Counted from the first letter of the stretch, positions 12,511 to 30,269 are shown. The stretch is DNA of 64,000 nucleotides from the human T2T-CHM13v2.0 reference genome, Homo sapiens (GCF_009914755.1 NC_060925.1); one strand, 5' to 3'. Numbers and translations are program-made. Notes: generated by a model not told the origin, from the sequence alone.

Positions 12511-14868
12511 TACTGAAGAAGGTAGGGACAGTCTTGGAACTTGTAGACTCTTACTAGAGATGAATCAGATGTATTTTTTTTTTGTATGAATTCTGGAAGG
12601 CATGACCTGATTTTTTCTATTGTTTATTCTTTCAGTGGTTTGACACTCAGGACTTTGAATGTATGAGACCTACCTACTGAGTTACTAATGTTAGCCTTCT
12701 AAAATGTTTCTATAATTCATTTAAATAATGGCATATGTCTATAGGAAACAGTTTGCTGATCTCTGAACAACGAAGTGGCTCCTAGTATGAAAAATCCTGA
12801 TCATGAATCTTTGGGTGTTGGCATATAAGCAGACCTCCATCTTCAATTTCTATGCAAATCCAGTAAAATAATTTTTCTCCTATTGTTAGATCAACATGCA
12901 AATTCTAAAATGAGAAATTCTAAAAATTATGTAAAAATTATAATTGTCTTACTTTTCTTTCTTTCTTGTGACTAAACAGTATGTAATGAATAAAGTGCTC
13001 TTTTTCTCAGTGTATAATTTAGTTTTAATTATTTTAAAAAATATTGTCATAATATGATTCTCTTATTTATGCCATTTTCGTTTTTTCTGGTTCTTAGCGT
13101 AGATATCTTTTTTATATATATATATATAGCTCAGTGACTTCTAGACACTACTGTTAAGGGATATTCTTGAATTGAGGGGACCAATAGATTTTTGTAACTG
13201 CCCTGTTGGTGTACATTGTAAGCTTTTTTTTTCTTCTTTAACCTGGCTCAAGAAATTTCAATTAGGTTGTGAATTTATAGAGCCTCGGTAGTAGCAGAGA
13301 ATAGGGCTTTAGCTACTATGATTAACATGACAGTTTCATTTACAATTTAGTAGAAGGTGGAGATCATGGAGCTATATTTTCTTTGATTCGTTCTCAGCTT
13401 CTTTGAACTTCTTAATGAGAGGTTTATGTGCACCCAGAGGGAGGGTGCCTACCGCATTGACTCATGCTTGTTATTTTTAATTTTATATTCCAAATTCAGG
13501 CTGCCATAAATTAACATATACGCTAAGAGTAAAGCAGACCCCCAGTCTTTGAAGGGGAATGAAGTTCAAGAGATAAAGGGAAAGATTATATTATGGAGGT
13601 CATAGGAGTACAAGAATCTAGAGTAATCCAAATAAAAATGGAGAGCAAATGGGTGATGAAGACTATGAGAGCCCATCCTGTACCTCACTAAGTTCTCCTT
13701 TACTCTGAAAAAGCCATCTAAAAGTGTCATTTTCTTCTTCCCTTATTTCTTCCTCTAATGGCTGTATGAGTTGGAGTTTTGCAAGTGTAAAACTAAGGTG
13801 TTTACAGAATGATGTCTGTGGACCAACTTCAGAAATTTAAAGCCTGTTTGTTTTTCCTAACCCTTCTGCATTATTCAGTTGAGTTATGGACTTAATAAAT
13901 CACATTGAAATGGAACAGAAGTTCATTTATTGCTACCGGAACAGAAAGACTAGAATGTTGTTTATCTGCCTGGCCCTTGGTTCAAGGGAGGTGATCTAGG
14001 CATTCTTTTACTCTGAATAGACATTATAGTTCAGATGCCCAGGGTGTGTGTAAAAAAGAAAATCTTTTTTTATTCTTGAGAGAAGAGGAATAGAGATGGA
14101 TTGCTGAGATGGTCCTGACAGAATTGGTGTCATACATACCATCCACTATAGTTTCTTTGGTAAGGGTCCAGGTATTATACAAAATGTCCCATTGCCAATT
14201 TAGTTTAGATTTCTCTCTCCTAAGGTCTTTTCCATTGGAAGGAGGGTAGGGAAGAGGGAAATTTTCTTGTTTTATCAACCTATTTCATTCTAAGACTTAG
14301 GCAGAGGAATGGGATATATACTAAGTAATTTTGGCTTATGTATTTGTTTTACCTAAATGAATTATATATGTAAAAATATGTATGGCTGGGATCTTTTGAT
14401 CAATAAAATTAATTTTCTGGTTATTTATTCTGGCCTGTCATTTTCATGAGGAGAAAAAATATCTACAGAGGACAGTTTTCATACATCAACTGAAATATGA
14501 CTCATCTTTTCTACATTTCAACCCCAGAAGTTAGGTAAACACAAACAAACCTTTAAGAAATATATCTACAAAATGAGAGTGATGAATCTGATGAAATGAC
14601 AGATTTGGTGATGATTTCCTCAAAGAATTGGTTGTTCACATCAGTGCATCTCTAATTACTGTAAAATATGGGCTTCTTTAAACATGTAAGTGTTTACATC
14701 CACTTGTAATTTATTTCAGTCAGAGGTGTGAGGGAAGGATCCAGCTTTATATTAATCTCTAACTGATCAGCCAGCTATACAATACCAGTTATTGGATAAT
14801 TCATTTTCCCTGACAATTTGCAATACTACTGTTTTCATATGCTAAGTTGTTATACACGCTTGGGTCAG

Positions 14869-15232
14869 TGATATGGTTTGGCTCTGTGTCCCCACCTGAA
14901 TCTCATCTTGAATTGTAATCCTCATTATCCCCACATGTCAAGGGAGGGACCAGGTGGGAGGTGATTGGATCATGGGGGCAGGTTCCCCCATGCTGTTCTC
15001 GTGTTAGTGAGTGAGTTTTCACGAGATCTAATGGTTTTATAAGAGTTCGGCAGTTCCTCTTCTCTCCCACCTGCCGCTGTGTAAGATGTGCCTGCTTCCC
15101 CTTCTGCAATGATTTTAAGTTTCCTGAGGCCTTCCCAGCCGTGTAGAACTGTGAGTCAATTAAACTTCCTTTCTTTATAAATTATCCAGTCTTGGGCAGT
15201 TCTTTATAGCAGTGTGAAAATGGATTAATACA
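14869..15232 (+). mobile_element. THE1 (THE1D-like) solo LTR, 364 bp
   Basis: TGATATGGTTTGGCTCTGTGTCCCCACC...GGATTAATACA termini with a perfect 5-bp TSD GTCAG (14864-14868, 15233-15237). Inserted in an old antisense L1 fragment. Confidence 0.93.
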
Positions 15233-15499
15233 GTCAGTTTCTGTAGTTAAGATTTTTTTCTTTCTATTCATCTATATGTGTTTTCTGGAACCACTATTAC
15301 ACTGCTTTTATTATTGAGGCTTTTGTTGCCTAGTAGAAAAGGGTTTCTTGCATTAGTGTTCATTTTAAACATTTTCTGGTTATTCCCTTATGTTTATTTT
15401 TCGATGAACTTTGGAATAAAGTATCCTCTCCTACAATTTATATTCCAAAATAATCCTTTTTCCCAGAAAGAATCCTAATGCAATTGAGTTTCCTTGTGC

Positions 15500-15878
15500 T
15501 CTCTCCCTATCATGAGGGGTCACACAGAGCACACTTCCTCAGCAATGAAAATGCAGCAACATGTATACCATCTTCCTGCCTAGGAAAGTCCATTAGAGAC
15601 TCAGAGCCCAAGGTTTTCATGGAGGGCTTGCCATGTAAGCACCCTCTTCCTAGCTTGCAAAAAAAAATGCAGATTTCCAAAAGGAATATATGAGTTCAGC
15701 ATAAACCATAGTATTTATACAAACAGTCTAGGCACAATAAACTACTTTTATCAATTAATGTTGACTGGGACCACTCTGAGGGTCAAGTTCCCAGATGCCA
15801 GCCAAGGGCCAACCTTATAAGCAGGCTTTTCTAAGGATAGCAGTCTCAGGTCTGCTATGTTCACTTTTTTTCTGTACA
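15500..15878 (-). mobile_element. MER21-family LTR fragment
   Basis: Reverse strand begins TGTACAGAAAAAAAGTGAACATAGCAGACCTGAGACTGCTATCCTTAGAAAAGCCTGCTT, the MER21/MER68-type 5' end. Confidence 0.7.
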
Positions 15879-15929
15879 GAAGGTCAGTGCCAAAGAAGGG
15901 CATGTTTTGACGAAGGCTATTTTAAAATA

Positions 15930-16540
15930 AAATTTTAGATTCAAGAGGTACATGTTCATGTTTGTTACATGGATATATTAATATACTGTGTGATGCTGAA
16001 ATCTGGGCTTCTGTTGGATCCATCACCCAAAGAGTAAACAGAATACTCAATAGTTATTCAACCCTTTTCCCCCTCCCTTTCTCTTCTCTTTTAGAGTCCC
16101 CGTGTCTATTGTTTCCATCTTTATGTCTGTGTGTACTCAGTGAGAAGAAGTGATGTTTGATTTTCTATTTCTCCATTAATTCACTTAGGATGATGGCCTC
16201 CAACTACATCTATATTGTTGCGAAGGACATGATTTCATCTCTTTTGTGGCTGCATAGTATTCCATGATATATATGTACCACGTTTTCTTTATCCAGTCAA
16301 TTGTTGATGGGCACCTAGTTGATGCCATGTCTTTGCTATTCTGAATAGCACTGGGATAAACATATAAGTGCGTGTATCTTTTTGGTAGAACAGTTTGTTT
16401 TCCTTTGGGCATATACCCGGTAATGAGATTGCTGGGTTGAATGGTAGTTCTATTTTTAGTTCTTTGAGAAATCTCCAGACTGCTTTCCACAGGGACTGAA
16501 CTAATTTACAGTCCCATCAACAGTCCGTAAGCATTCCCTA
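15930..16540 (-). mobile_element. L1PA16/L1PB-type 3' end, 5'-truncated
   Basis: TTTTAGATTCAAGAGGTACATG 3'UTR. The minus ORF contains the ORF2 C-terminal peptide DWIKKTWYIYIMEYYAA. Confidence 0.8.
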
Positions 16541-16657
16541 AGGAAGACATTTTGAGTTAGTTTTTATATATGATGTGAGATACATATCAAAGTTCACCTG
16601 ATATGGATATCTAATTGTTTCAGCCTCATTTTTTGAAAAAAACTATCCTTTCTGTGA

Positions 16658-17013
<356 letters not shown>

Positions 17014-19089
17014 TATTTTTGAACTTTATCCTGTTCCATTGATCTGTTTGTCTGCCTTGTTGCCAATACCAAAGTGTCTTTATTACTATAGCTTTATAAC
17101 CATTCTTGAAGTGCAAGTCTATAAATTTTATTTGTTTTCAGATTCATTCGCTCTTCCAGACCCTTTGCACGTCTGTGTGAATTTTGGCTTCAGTTTATCA
17201 ATTTCTACAAAATAGCCTGGTGGAATTTTGGATGGGACTGTGTTAGAAAAAAACACCTGTAGATAAGCTGGATAAAATGGACATTTATTTTAATATTATT
17301 GAGTCTACAGATCCATGAACCTAGTGTATATTTCTATTTAGTTCTTCTTTAATTTTCTTTAGATATATTTTGTAATTTTCAGTGTATAAGTCTTAAACAT
17401 TTGATCAGATATATCCCTAAGCATTTCATATTTTTTAATGTTGTAAATAGAAATTTTAAATTTACATTTTTAGTGGTTCATTGATACTATATAGAAATAC
17501 AGTTACGTTTTATACATTATTTTGTATGCTGCAACCTTGCTAAATGCACTCGTTCTAGTAGCTTATTTTGTAGATTCTAAAGAAATATTTACGTAGATGA
17601 CCGTGTCTATGAATAATGACAGTTTTACTTCTTCCTTTCCAATCTGGATGCCTTTTCTTTCTTTTTCCTGCCTTATTTCACTGACTAGAACTTCTAGTAC
17701 AATGTTGAATAGAAGTAGTGAGAATGAGTATCTTTGCTGGTGGTCTCAAGGGAAAGCATTTAGGGTGATCTCAAGGGAAGAGCATTCAGTCTTTTGCCAG
17801 TAAGTATGATGTTAGATGTTTTTGCCTGGGTGAGGAACTCCCTTTTTATTCCTAGTTTTCTGAAAATTTAGAAGGAGTGATTGTTGGAATTTTCCCAAGA
17901 AAATGCTTTTTCTGTATCTACTGATATCATATGATTTTAAAACTTTTTTTAGTTTGTTTACATGATGAATCACATGTTAAACCAACCTTACATTTATGAG
18001 ATAAATTCCACTTGTTCATGATGGATTATCCTTTTACTATATTGTTGGAGTGGATTTGCTAAAAATTTGTTAAGACTTTTCGTGTGTCAGTAGGGATGCT
18101 GGTTTATTTTGTTTTCTTTTCATGCCTCTTTCTAGTTTTAGTATCAGGATGATACTGGCCTGAGAGAATGAATTGGGAAGTATTCCCTCCTCTTGAATTT
18201 TGTGAGAGAGTTTATATATAGTTGGTATTATTTCTTTCTTAAATGTTTGGTACAGTTCACTAGAGAAGCCACCTAGGCCTTGGTGGCATAAACCTTCTTT
18301 ATGGGAAGGTTTTTAACTGCAGACTTAATTTTTAAAAAAATATATAGGCCTCTTCAGGTTATCTATTCCTGAGTGAGCTTTTATTATTTCTGACTTTCAG
18401 GGAATTTGTTCATTTCATCTAAGTTGTTGGATTTATTTGTCTGAAGTTGTTAATAATCTTTTTTATCCTATTAATATCTGTAGACTCGAATGAAGATAAT
18501 CTATTTCATTTCTGATATTGATAATTTCTGTCATCTCTATTTTTTCACTGATCATTATAGGTAAAGGTTTATTGGTTTTCTTGGTGTTAAAGAGTTAGGT
18601 TTTTGTTTCATTGATTTTGCCTATTGTGTATCTGCTTTCTAGTTAATTGATTTCTGTTCTGATCTTTATTATTTCCTCTCTTCTGCTAACTTAGGGTTTT
18701 ATTAGCTCTTCTTTTTCTGGTTTAAGATGTTTTTCAACTCTTATCAAGTAGCACATATCATGTAATGCCCACTCTAGAATTCTGAAATTAAATTCATAGA
18801 AAACATTACCTGCTCCTACACTAAATTTTTTTAAAAAATCAGTATATTGAACTAACTATAATATAACTGAGGAATAAAAGGAAAGGAATTTATAATGCAG
18901 TGTTAGCTATTTCAGTATGTAAACAATCAGGTGAGACTGTACTATGGCAAGAAACAGTAACACAATCAGGTGCTTATATCTATGCATAAGTTCACTGGGA
19001 CTGTGACAGAATGTAGCCTCATCTTAGGTCATTGACTGAGACCTTGTTTTCTAAAATAGACATTGAGTGCTATGCATAGTCCTATACTG

Positions 19090-19572
19090 ACATATCACTA
19101 TTGACCAGAGTTCATAGTTTTACATTAGGGGTCACTCTTGGTGTTCTACAGTATAAGGGTTTTAACAAATGTGTAATGACGTGTATCCACCATTATAGTA
19201 TCATATGGAGTAGTTCCATACTCCATATGGATAGTACTCCATATGGAGTAGTATCATATGGAGTAGTTTCATATGGTAGATACTATATGATATTATAGTA
19301 TCATATGGAGTAGTTTCATATGGAGTAGTTTCATCATATGGAGTAGTTTCATCATATCATATGGAGTATGCTCCGCATATTCATCCCTTTCCCACCTCCA
19401 CCCAACCCTTGGCAGCCACTGAATTTTGTACTGTCTCCATAGTTTTTCTTTTCCAGAATGTCATATAGTTGGAAACATACAGTATGTAGGCTTTTCAGAT
19501 TGGGTTCTTTTACTTAGTAATGTGGATTTAAGATTCCTTCATGTCTTTTCATGGTTTAGTAGCTCATTTCTT
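19090..19572 (-). mobile_element. L1MC1-like 3' end (left half, continues at 33350)
   Basis: GTTTTACATTAGGGGTCACTCTTGGTGTT...TTTTCCAGAATGTCATATAGTTGGAA motifs. Confidence 0.8.
19193..19370. repeat. Irregular ~15-bp minisatellite (TCATATGGAGTAGTT)n with inverted units
   Basis: Nine CATATG cores, plus the perfect palindrome TACTCCATATGGAGTA. Confidence 0.9.
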
Positions 19573-20185
19573 TTTTTTTTTTTAATAATTTAAACATTTA
19601 TTGTAGATTCAAGGGGTACATGTGCAGGTTTGTTAAATGGGTATTTTGTGTGATGGTGAGGTTTAGGGTACCATTGATGCCACCACCCAGGTAGTGAACA
19701 TAGTATCCAATAGGTAGCTTTTCAACCATTGCCTCCCTTTCTTCCTCCCCACTCTTATAGTCCCCAGTGTCTTTTGTTCTCATCTTTATGTCCCTATGTA
19801 CCCAGTGTTTAGCTCCCACTTATAAGTGAGAATATGTGGTATTTGGTTTTCTGTTTCTGTGTTAGTTCACTTAGGATAAGGGCCTCTAGCTGCATCCATG
19901 TTGCTGTAGAGGACGTGATTTCATTATTTTTTATGGCTGTGTAGTATTCCATGGCGTTTATGGACACATTTTCTTTATTCAATCCACTGTTGATGGGCAC
20001 CTAGGTTGATTCCATGTCTTTGCTATTGTGAATAATGCTGTGGTGAACATATGTGTGCATATGCCTTTTTTGGGAGAATGATTTATTTTCTTTTGGAGAT
20101 ACCTGGTAATGGGATTGCTGCATCGAATGGTAGCTCTGTTTCAAGTTATCTGAGAAATCTCAGAGTTGCTTTCCATGGTGGCTAA

Positions 20186-20622
<437 letters not shown>

Positions 20623-21506
20623 CTCATTGTGGTTCTGATTTTCATTTCTCTGATGATTAGTGATATTGACCATTTTTTCATGTTTGTTGGCTGCTTGTAT
20701 GTCTTCTTTTGAGAAGTGTCTGTTTATGTCTTTGCTCACTTTTTAATGGGGTTGTTTTCTGTTTGTTGAATTGTTTATTTCTTATAGATTCTGGATGTTA
20801 GATCTTTGTCAGATACATAGTTTGCAAATATGCAAATATTTTCTCCCATTCTGCAGGCTGGCTGCTCATTGTGTTGATTACTTCTTTTACTGTGCAGAAG
20901 CTTTTTAGTTGATGTAGTCCCATTTGTCTATTTTTGTTTTTGTTGCATTTGCTTTGGGGGTCTCAGTCATGAATTCTTTGTCTAGCCCAATGTCCAGAGG
21001 AGGTTTTCCTATATTTTCTTTTAGAATTTTTATAGCTTCAGAATTTACATTTAAGTCTTTAATCCATCTTGAGTTAATTTTTGTGTATAGTGAGAGATAG
21101 GGGTCCAGTTTCATTCCACATATAGTAATCCAGTTTTTCCAGCTCCATTTATGAATAGGGTGTCCTTTCCCCAGTGTATGTTTTTGTTAACTTTGTCAGA
21201 GATCAGTTGGCTATAGGTACGTACCTTTATTTCTGGGTTGTCTGTTCTGTCCTCTTGGTCTATGTGTCTGTTTTTGTATCAGTACCATGCTGTTCTGGTT
21301 ACTATAGCCTTATACCATTTAGTTTAAAGTCAGGTAATGTGATGCATCCAGCTTTATTCTTTTTGCTTAGGATGGCTTTCACTATTTGGGCTCTTTTTTG
21401 GTTCCATATGAATTTTAGAATAGTTTTTTTCTAATTCTGTGAAGAATGACATTGGTAGTTTGGTAGGAATAGCATTGAATTTACAGATTGCTTTGGGCAG
21501 TATGGC

Positions 21507-21806
21507 TTTTTTTTTTTTTTTTTTTTTTTTTGAGGCAGAGTCTCACTCTTGCCCAGGCTGGAGTACAGTGGCACAGTCTCGGCTCACTGCAACCTCCGCC
21601 TCCCAGGTTCAAGCCATTCTCCTGCCCTCAGCCTCCTGTACTGGGATTACAGTCATGTGCCACCACGCCCAACTAGTTTTTGTATTATTAGTAGAGATGG
21701 GGTTTCACCATGTTGGCCAGGCTCGTCTCAAACTCCTGACATCAGGTGATCCACCTGCCTTGGCCTCCCAAAGTGCTGGGATTACAGGTGTGAGCCACTG
21801 CGCCCA
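21507..21806 (-). mobile_element. AluSx-like
   Basis: Perfect TSD GGGCAGTATGGC (21495-21506, 21807-21818). Confidence 0.92.
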
Positions 21807-24258
21807 GGGCAGTATGGCCATTTTAATGATACTTACTCTCCAATCCATGAGCATGGAATGTTTTTCCATTTGTATCATCTATGATTTCTTTCAGCAGTGT
21901 TTGGTAGTTCCTCTTGAGGAGATCATTCACCTCCTTGCTTAGATGTATTCCTAGATATTTCTTTTTTTATGTGGCTATTATGAAAGAGATTGTTCTTGGC
22001 TTGGCTCTCAGCTTAAACATTATAAGTGTATAGAAATGCTGCTGATTTTTGTACTTTGATTTTGTATCTTGAAACTTTACTGAAGTCGTTTATCAGTTCC
22101 GGGAGTGTTTTCGTGGAGTCTTTAGGGTTTTCTCGGCATAGCATCATATCATCATTAAAAAGTGACAGTCTGACTTCCTTTTGTCCTATAGGGATACCTT
22201 TCATTTCTTTCTCTTGCCTGATTGCTCTAGGTAGGACTTCCAGTATTATGTTGAATAAGAGTGGTGAGAGTAGACATCCTTGTCTTGTTCCAGTTCTCAA
22301 GGGGAATTGTTCCAGCTTTTGTCCAGTCAGTATAATATTGGCTATGGGTTTGTCATAGATGGGTCTTATTATTTTGAGGTATGTTCCTTTTGCTGCCTAG
22401 TTTGTTGAGGGTTTTTATCACAAAGGGATGTTGGATTTTATCAAAAGCTTTTTTCATGTTGATTGAGATGATCATGCAGTTTTTGTTCTTAACTCAGTTT
22501 ATGCGGTGAATCACATTTATTGATTTATGTATGTTGGGCCAACCTTGCATCCCAGGAATGAAGGCTACTTGATCATGGCAGATTAACTTTTTGGTATGTT
22601 GCTGAATTTGATTTGCTAATATTTTGTTGAGAATTTTTGTGTCTGTGTTCTTCAGGGATATTGGCCTGAAGTTTTCTTTTTTTGTTGTATTTTTGCCAAG
22701 TTTTGGTATTAGGGTGATGCTGGCTTCATAGAATAAGTTACGGAGGAGTCCCTCCTCCTTGTTTTTCTGGAATACATTCAGTGCGATTGGCACCAGTTCT
22801 TCTTTATGCGTCTGTTAGAATTTGGCTGTGAATCCATCTGGTGCAGGGCTTTTTTTGGTTGGTAGGGTTTTTATTATTGATTCAATTTTGGAACTTGATG
22901 TTGGTCTGTTCAAGGTTTCAGTTTCTTCTTGAGACGATCTTGGGAGGTTGTATGTTTCCAGGGATTTATCCATTTCCTCTAGATTTTCTAGTTTTATTTG
23001 CATAGAGATATTCATAGTAGTCTCTGAGGATCTTTCATATTTCTATATAATTGGTTGTAATGTCTGGATCATCTCACTGTTTTTCTTTTTTAATCTAGTG
23101 GCCTATCAATGTTGTTTATCGTTTCAAAGAACCAACTTTTGGTTTCATTGATTCTTCGTATGGATTTGGGGTCTCAGTTTCCTTCAGTTCTACTCTGATT
23201 TTTAGTTATTTCTTTTTTTCTGCTGCCTTTCAGGTTAGTTTGTTCTTGTTTTTCTAGTTCTTCTAGGTGTGATGTTAGATCATGAAGATTTTTTCTATTT
23301 AGGTAGGTGTATAGCACTATGAACTTTCCTCTTAATACTGCTTTTGCTGCATCCCAAAGATTTTTGTATGTTGTGTCTCTGTTTTCATTTATTTTAAAGA
23401 TTTTTTAAATTTCTGCCTTAGTTTTATTGTTTACCCCAAAGTCACTCAGTAGCAAGTTGCTTAATTTCCATGAAATTGTGTGGTTTTGAGAGATCTTCTT
23501 GGTATTGATTTCTGTTTTTATTTCACTGTGATCTGAACGTATGGTTGGAATGATTTCAGTTTTTTTGAATTTATTGAGACTTGACTTATGGCTGAGCATG
23601 TGGCCTATCTTAGAGTGTGTTCTGTGTGCAAACAAGAAGAATGTATATTCTGTGGTTGATGGGTACAATATTCTGTAGATGGTTATTAGGTTCAGTTGGT
23701 CAAGTATCAAACTTAAGTCCAGAAATTCTTTGTTGGTTTTCTGCCACGATGATGTGTCTCATGCTGTCAGTGGGGTATCGAAGTCCCTCACTATTATTGT
23801 GTGTCTAAGTCTTTTCATAGGTCTAGAAGAATTTGTTTTATGAATCTGAGTGCCTCAGTGTTGGGTGTGTATGTATTTAGGATAGTTAAGTCTTGTTTAA
23901 TTGGACACTTTATCATTATGTAATGCATTTCTCTGTCCTTTTTTATTGTTGTTGGTTTAAAGTATGTTTCATCTGATATAAGAATAGCGACTCCAGCTCT
24001 TTTTTTTTTCTGTTTGTGTGATAGATCTTTCATTTCATTTTATTTTATTTTTTATTATACTTTAAGTTTTAGGGTACATGTGCACAACGTGCAGGTTAGT
24101 TACACATGTATACATGTGCCATGTTGGTGTGCTGCACCCATTAACTCGTCATTTAACATTAGGTATATATCCTAATGCTATCCCTCCCCTCTCCCCTCAC
24201 CCCACAACAGACCCCGGTGTGTGATGTTCCCCTTCCTGTGTCCACATGTTCTTATTGT

Positions 24259-28077
<3,819 letters not shown>

Positions 28078-28139
28078 TATGATGTTAGCTGGTTATTTTG
28101 CTCGTTAGTTGATGCAGTTTCTTCCTAGCTTTGATGTCT

Positions 28140-29155
28140 TTACAATTTGGCATGTTTTTGCAGTGGCTGGTACTGGTTGTTCCTTTTCATGTTTAGTGCT
28201 TCCTTCAGGAGCTCTTTTAGGGCAGGCCTGGTAGTGACAAAATCTCTCACCGTTTGCTTGTCTGTAAAGGATTTTATTTCTCCTTCACTTATGAAGCTTA
28301 ATTTGGCTGGATATGAAATTCTGGGTTGAAAATTCTTTTCTTTAAGAATGTTGAATATTGGTCCCCACTGTCTTCTGGCTTGTAGAGTTTCTGCCGAGAG
28401 ATCAGCTGTTAGTCTGATGGGCTTCCCTTTGTGGGTAACCCGACCTTTCTCTCTGGCTGCCCTTAACATTTTTTCCTTAATTGCAACTTTGATGAATCTG
28501 ACAATTATGAGTCTTGGAGTTGCTCTTCTGGAGGAGTATCTTTGTGGCATTCTCTGTATTTCCCGAATTTGAATGTTGGCCTGCCTTGCTAGTTTGGGAA
28601 AGTTCTCTTGGATAATATCCTGCAGAGTGTTTTCCAACTTGGTTCCATTCTCCCCATCACTTTCAGGTACACCAATCAGACATAGATTTGGTCTTTTCAC
28701 ATAGTCCCATATTTCTTGGAGGCTTTGCTCATTTCTTTTTATTCTTTTTTCTCTAAACTTCTCTTCTTGCTTCATTTCATTCACTTGATCTTCCATCACT
28801 GATACCCTTTCTTCCAGTTAATAGAATCAGCTCTTGAGTCTTGTGCATTCGTCACGTAGTTCTCGTGCCTTGGTTTTCAGCTCCATCAGGTCCTTTAAGG
28901 ACTCTTTGCATGGGTTATTCTAGTTCACCATTCGTATAATTTTTTTTCAAGGTTTTTAACTTCTTTGCCATGGGTTCAAACTTTCTCCTTTAGCTCGGAG
29001 TAGTTTGATCGTCTGAAGCCTTCTTCTCTCAACTCATCGAAGTCATTCTCCGTCCAGCTTTGTTCCGTTGCTGGTGAGGAGCTGCGTTCCTTTGGAGGAG
29101 GAGAGGCGCTCTGATTTTTAGAGTTTCCAGTTTTTCTGCTCTGTTTTTTCACCAT
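28140..29155 (-). pseudogene. L1 ORF1p, frameshifted
   Basis: ATG at 29155 (MVKKQSRKTGNSK...). C-terminal piece ...RNEQSLQEIWDYVKRPNL...YQPLQKHAKL* lies in a different frame. Confidence 0.92.
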
Positions 29156-30180
29156 CTTTGTGGTTTTATCTACCTTTGGTCTTTGATGATGGTGACGTAC
29201 AGATGGGATTTTGGTGTGGATGTCCTTTCTGTTTGTTAGTTTTCCTTCTAACATTCAGGACCCTCAGCTGCAGGTCTGTTGGAGTTTGCTAGAGGTCCAC
29301 TCCAGACCCTGTTTGCCTGGGTATCAGCAGCAGAGGCTGCAGAACAGCAGATATTGGTGATCAGCAAATGTTGCTGCCTGATCGTTCCTCTGGAAGTTTT
29401 GTCTCAGAGGAGTACCTGGCCGTGTGAGGTGTCAGTCTGCCCCTACTGGGGGGTGCCTCCCAGTAAGGCTACCCAGGGGTCAGGGACCCACTTGAGGAGG
29501 CAGTCTGTCCGTTCTCAGATCTCCAGCTGCGTGCTGGGAGAACCACTACTCTCTTCAAAGCTGTCAGACAGTGACATTTAAGTCTGCAGAGGATTTTGCT
29601 GCCTTTTGTTTGGGTATTCCCTGCCCCCAGAGGTGGAACCTGCAGAGGCAGGCAGGCCTTCTTGAGCTGTGCTGGGCTCCACCCAGTTCGAGCTTCCAGG
29701 CCCCTTTGTTTACCTACTCAAGCCTGGGCAGTGGCGGGCGCCCCTCCCCCAGCCTCGCTGCCGCCTTACAGTTTGATCTCAGACTGCTGTGCTAGGAATC
29801 AGCGAGGCTCCGTGGGCGTAGGACCCTCTGAGCCAGGCGCGGGATATAATCTCCTGGTATGGTGTTTGCTAAGACCATTGGAAAAGCGCAGTATTAGGGT
29901 GGGAGTGACCCAATTTTCCGGGTGCCGTCTGTCACCCCTTTCTTTGACTAGGAAAGGGAATTCCCTGACCCCTTGCGCTTCCTGGGTGAGGCGATGCCTT
30001 GCCCTGCTTTGGCTCACGCTGGGTGCACTGCACCCACTGTCCTGCACCCACTTTCTGACACTCCCCAGTGAGATGAGCCCGGTACCTCAGTTGGAAATGC
30101 AGAAATCACCTGTCTTCTGCGTCGCTCACACTGGGAGCTCTAGACTGGAGCTGTTCCTATTCGGCCATCTTGGCTCCACC
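29156..30180. promoter_or_regulatory. L1 5'UTR: sense promoter (-) and antisense promoter/ORF0 region (+)
   Basis: YY1 site AAGATGGCC near the 5' end, many CpGs retained, and an ORF0-homologous frame from 29731 on the + strand. Confidence 0.75.
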
Positions 30181-30269
30181 TGATAGATCTTTCTTCCACC
30201 CTTTTCTTTGAGCCTGTGGATGTTGTTATGGATGAGATGGTTTTCTTGAGGACAGCAGACAAATGGGTC

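Noticed and set aside
13400-14510. AP-1 motifs (TGACTCA) in unique sequence as an enhancer
   Set aside because: 7-mers at about chance frequency. Not supportable without chromatin data.
18850-19070. Possible hAT DNA-transposon fragment (also about 41060-41320)
   Set aside because: Only a vague resemblance, with no verifiable TIR or TSD.
19193-19370. CRISPR-like array
   Set aside because: No unique spacers, eukaryotic context, and derived from local L1 sequence.
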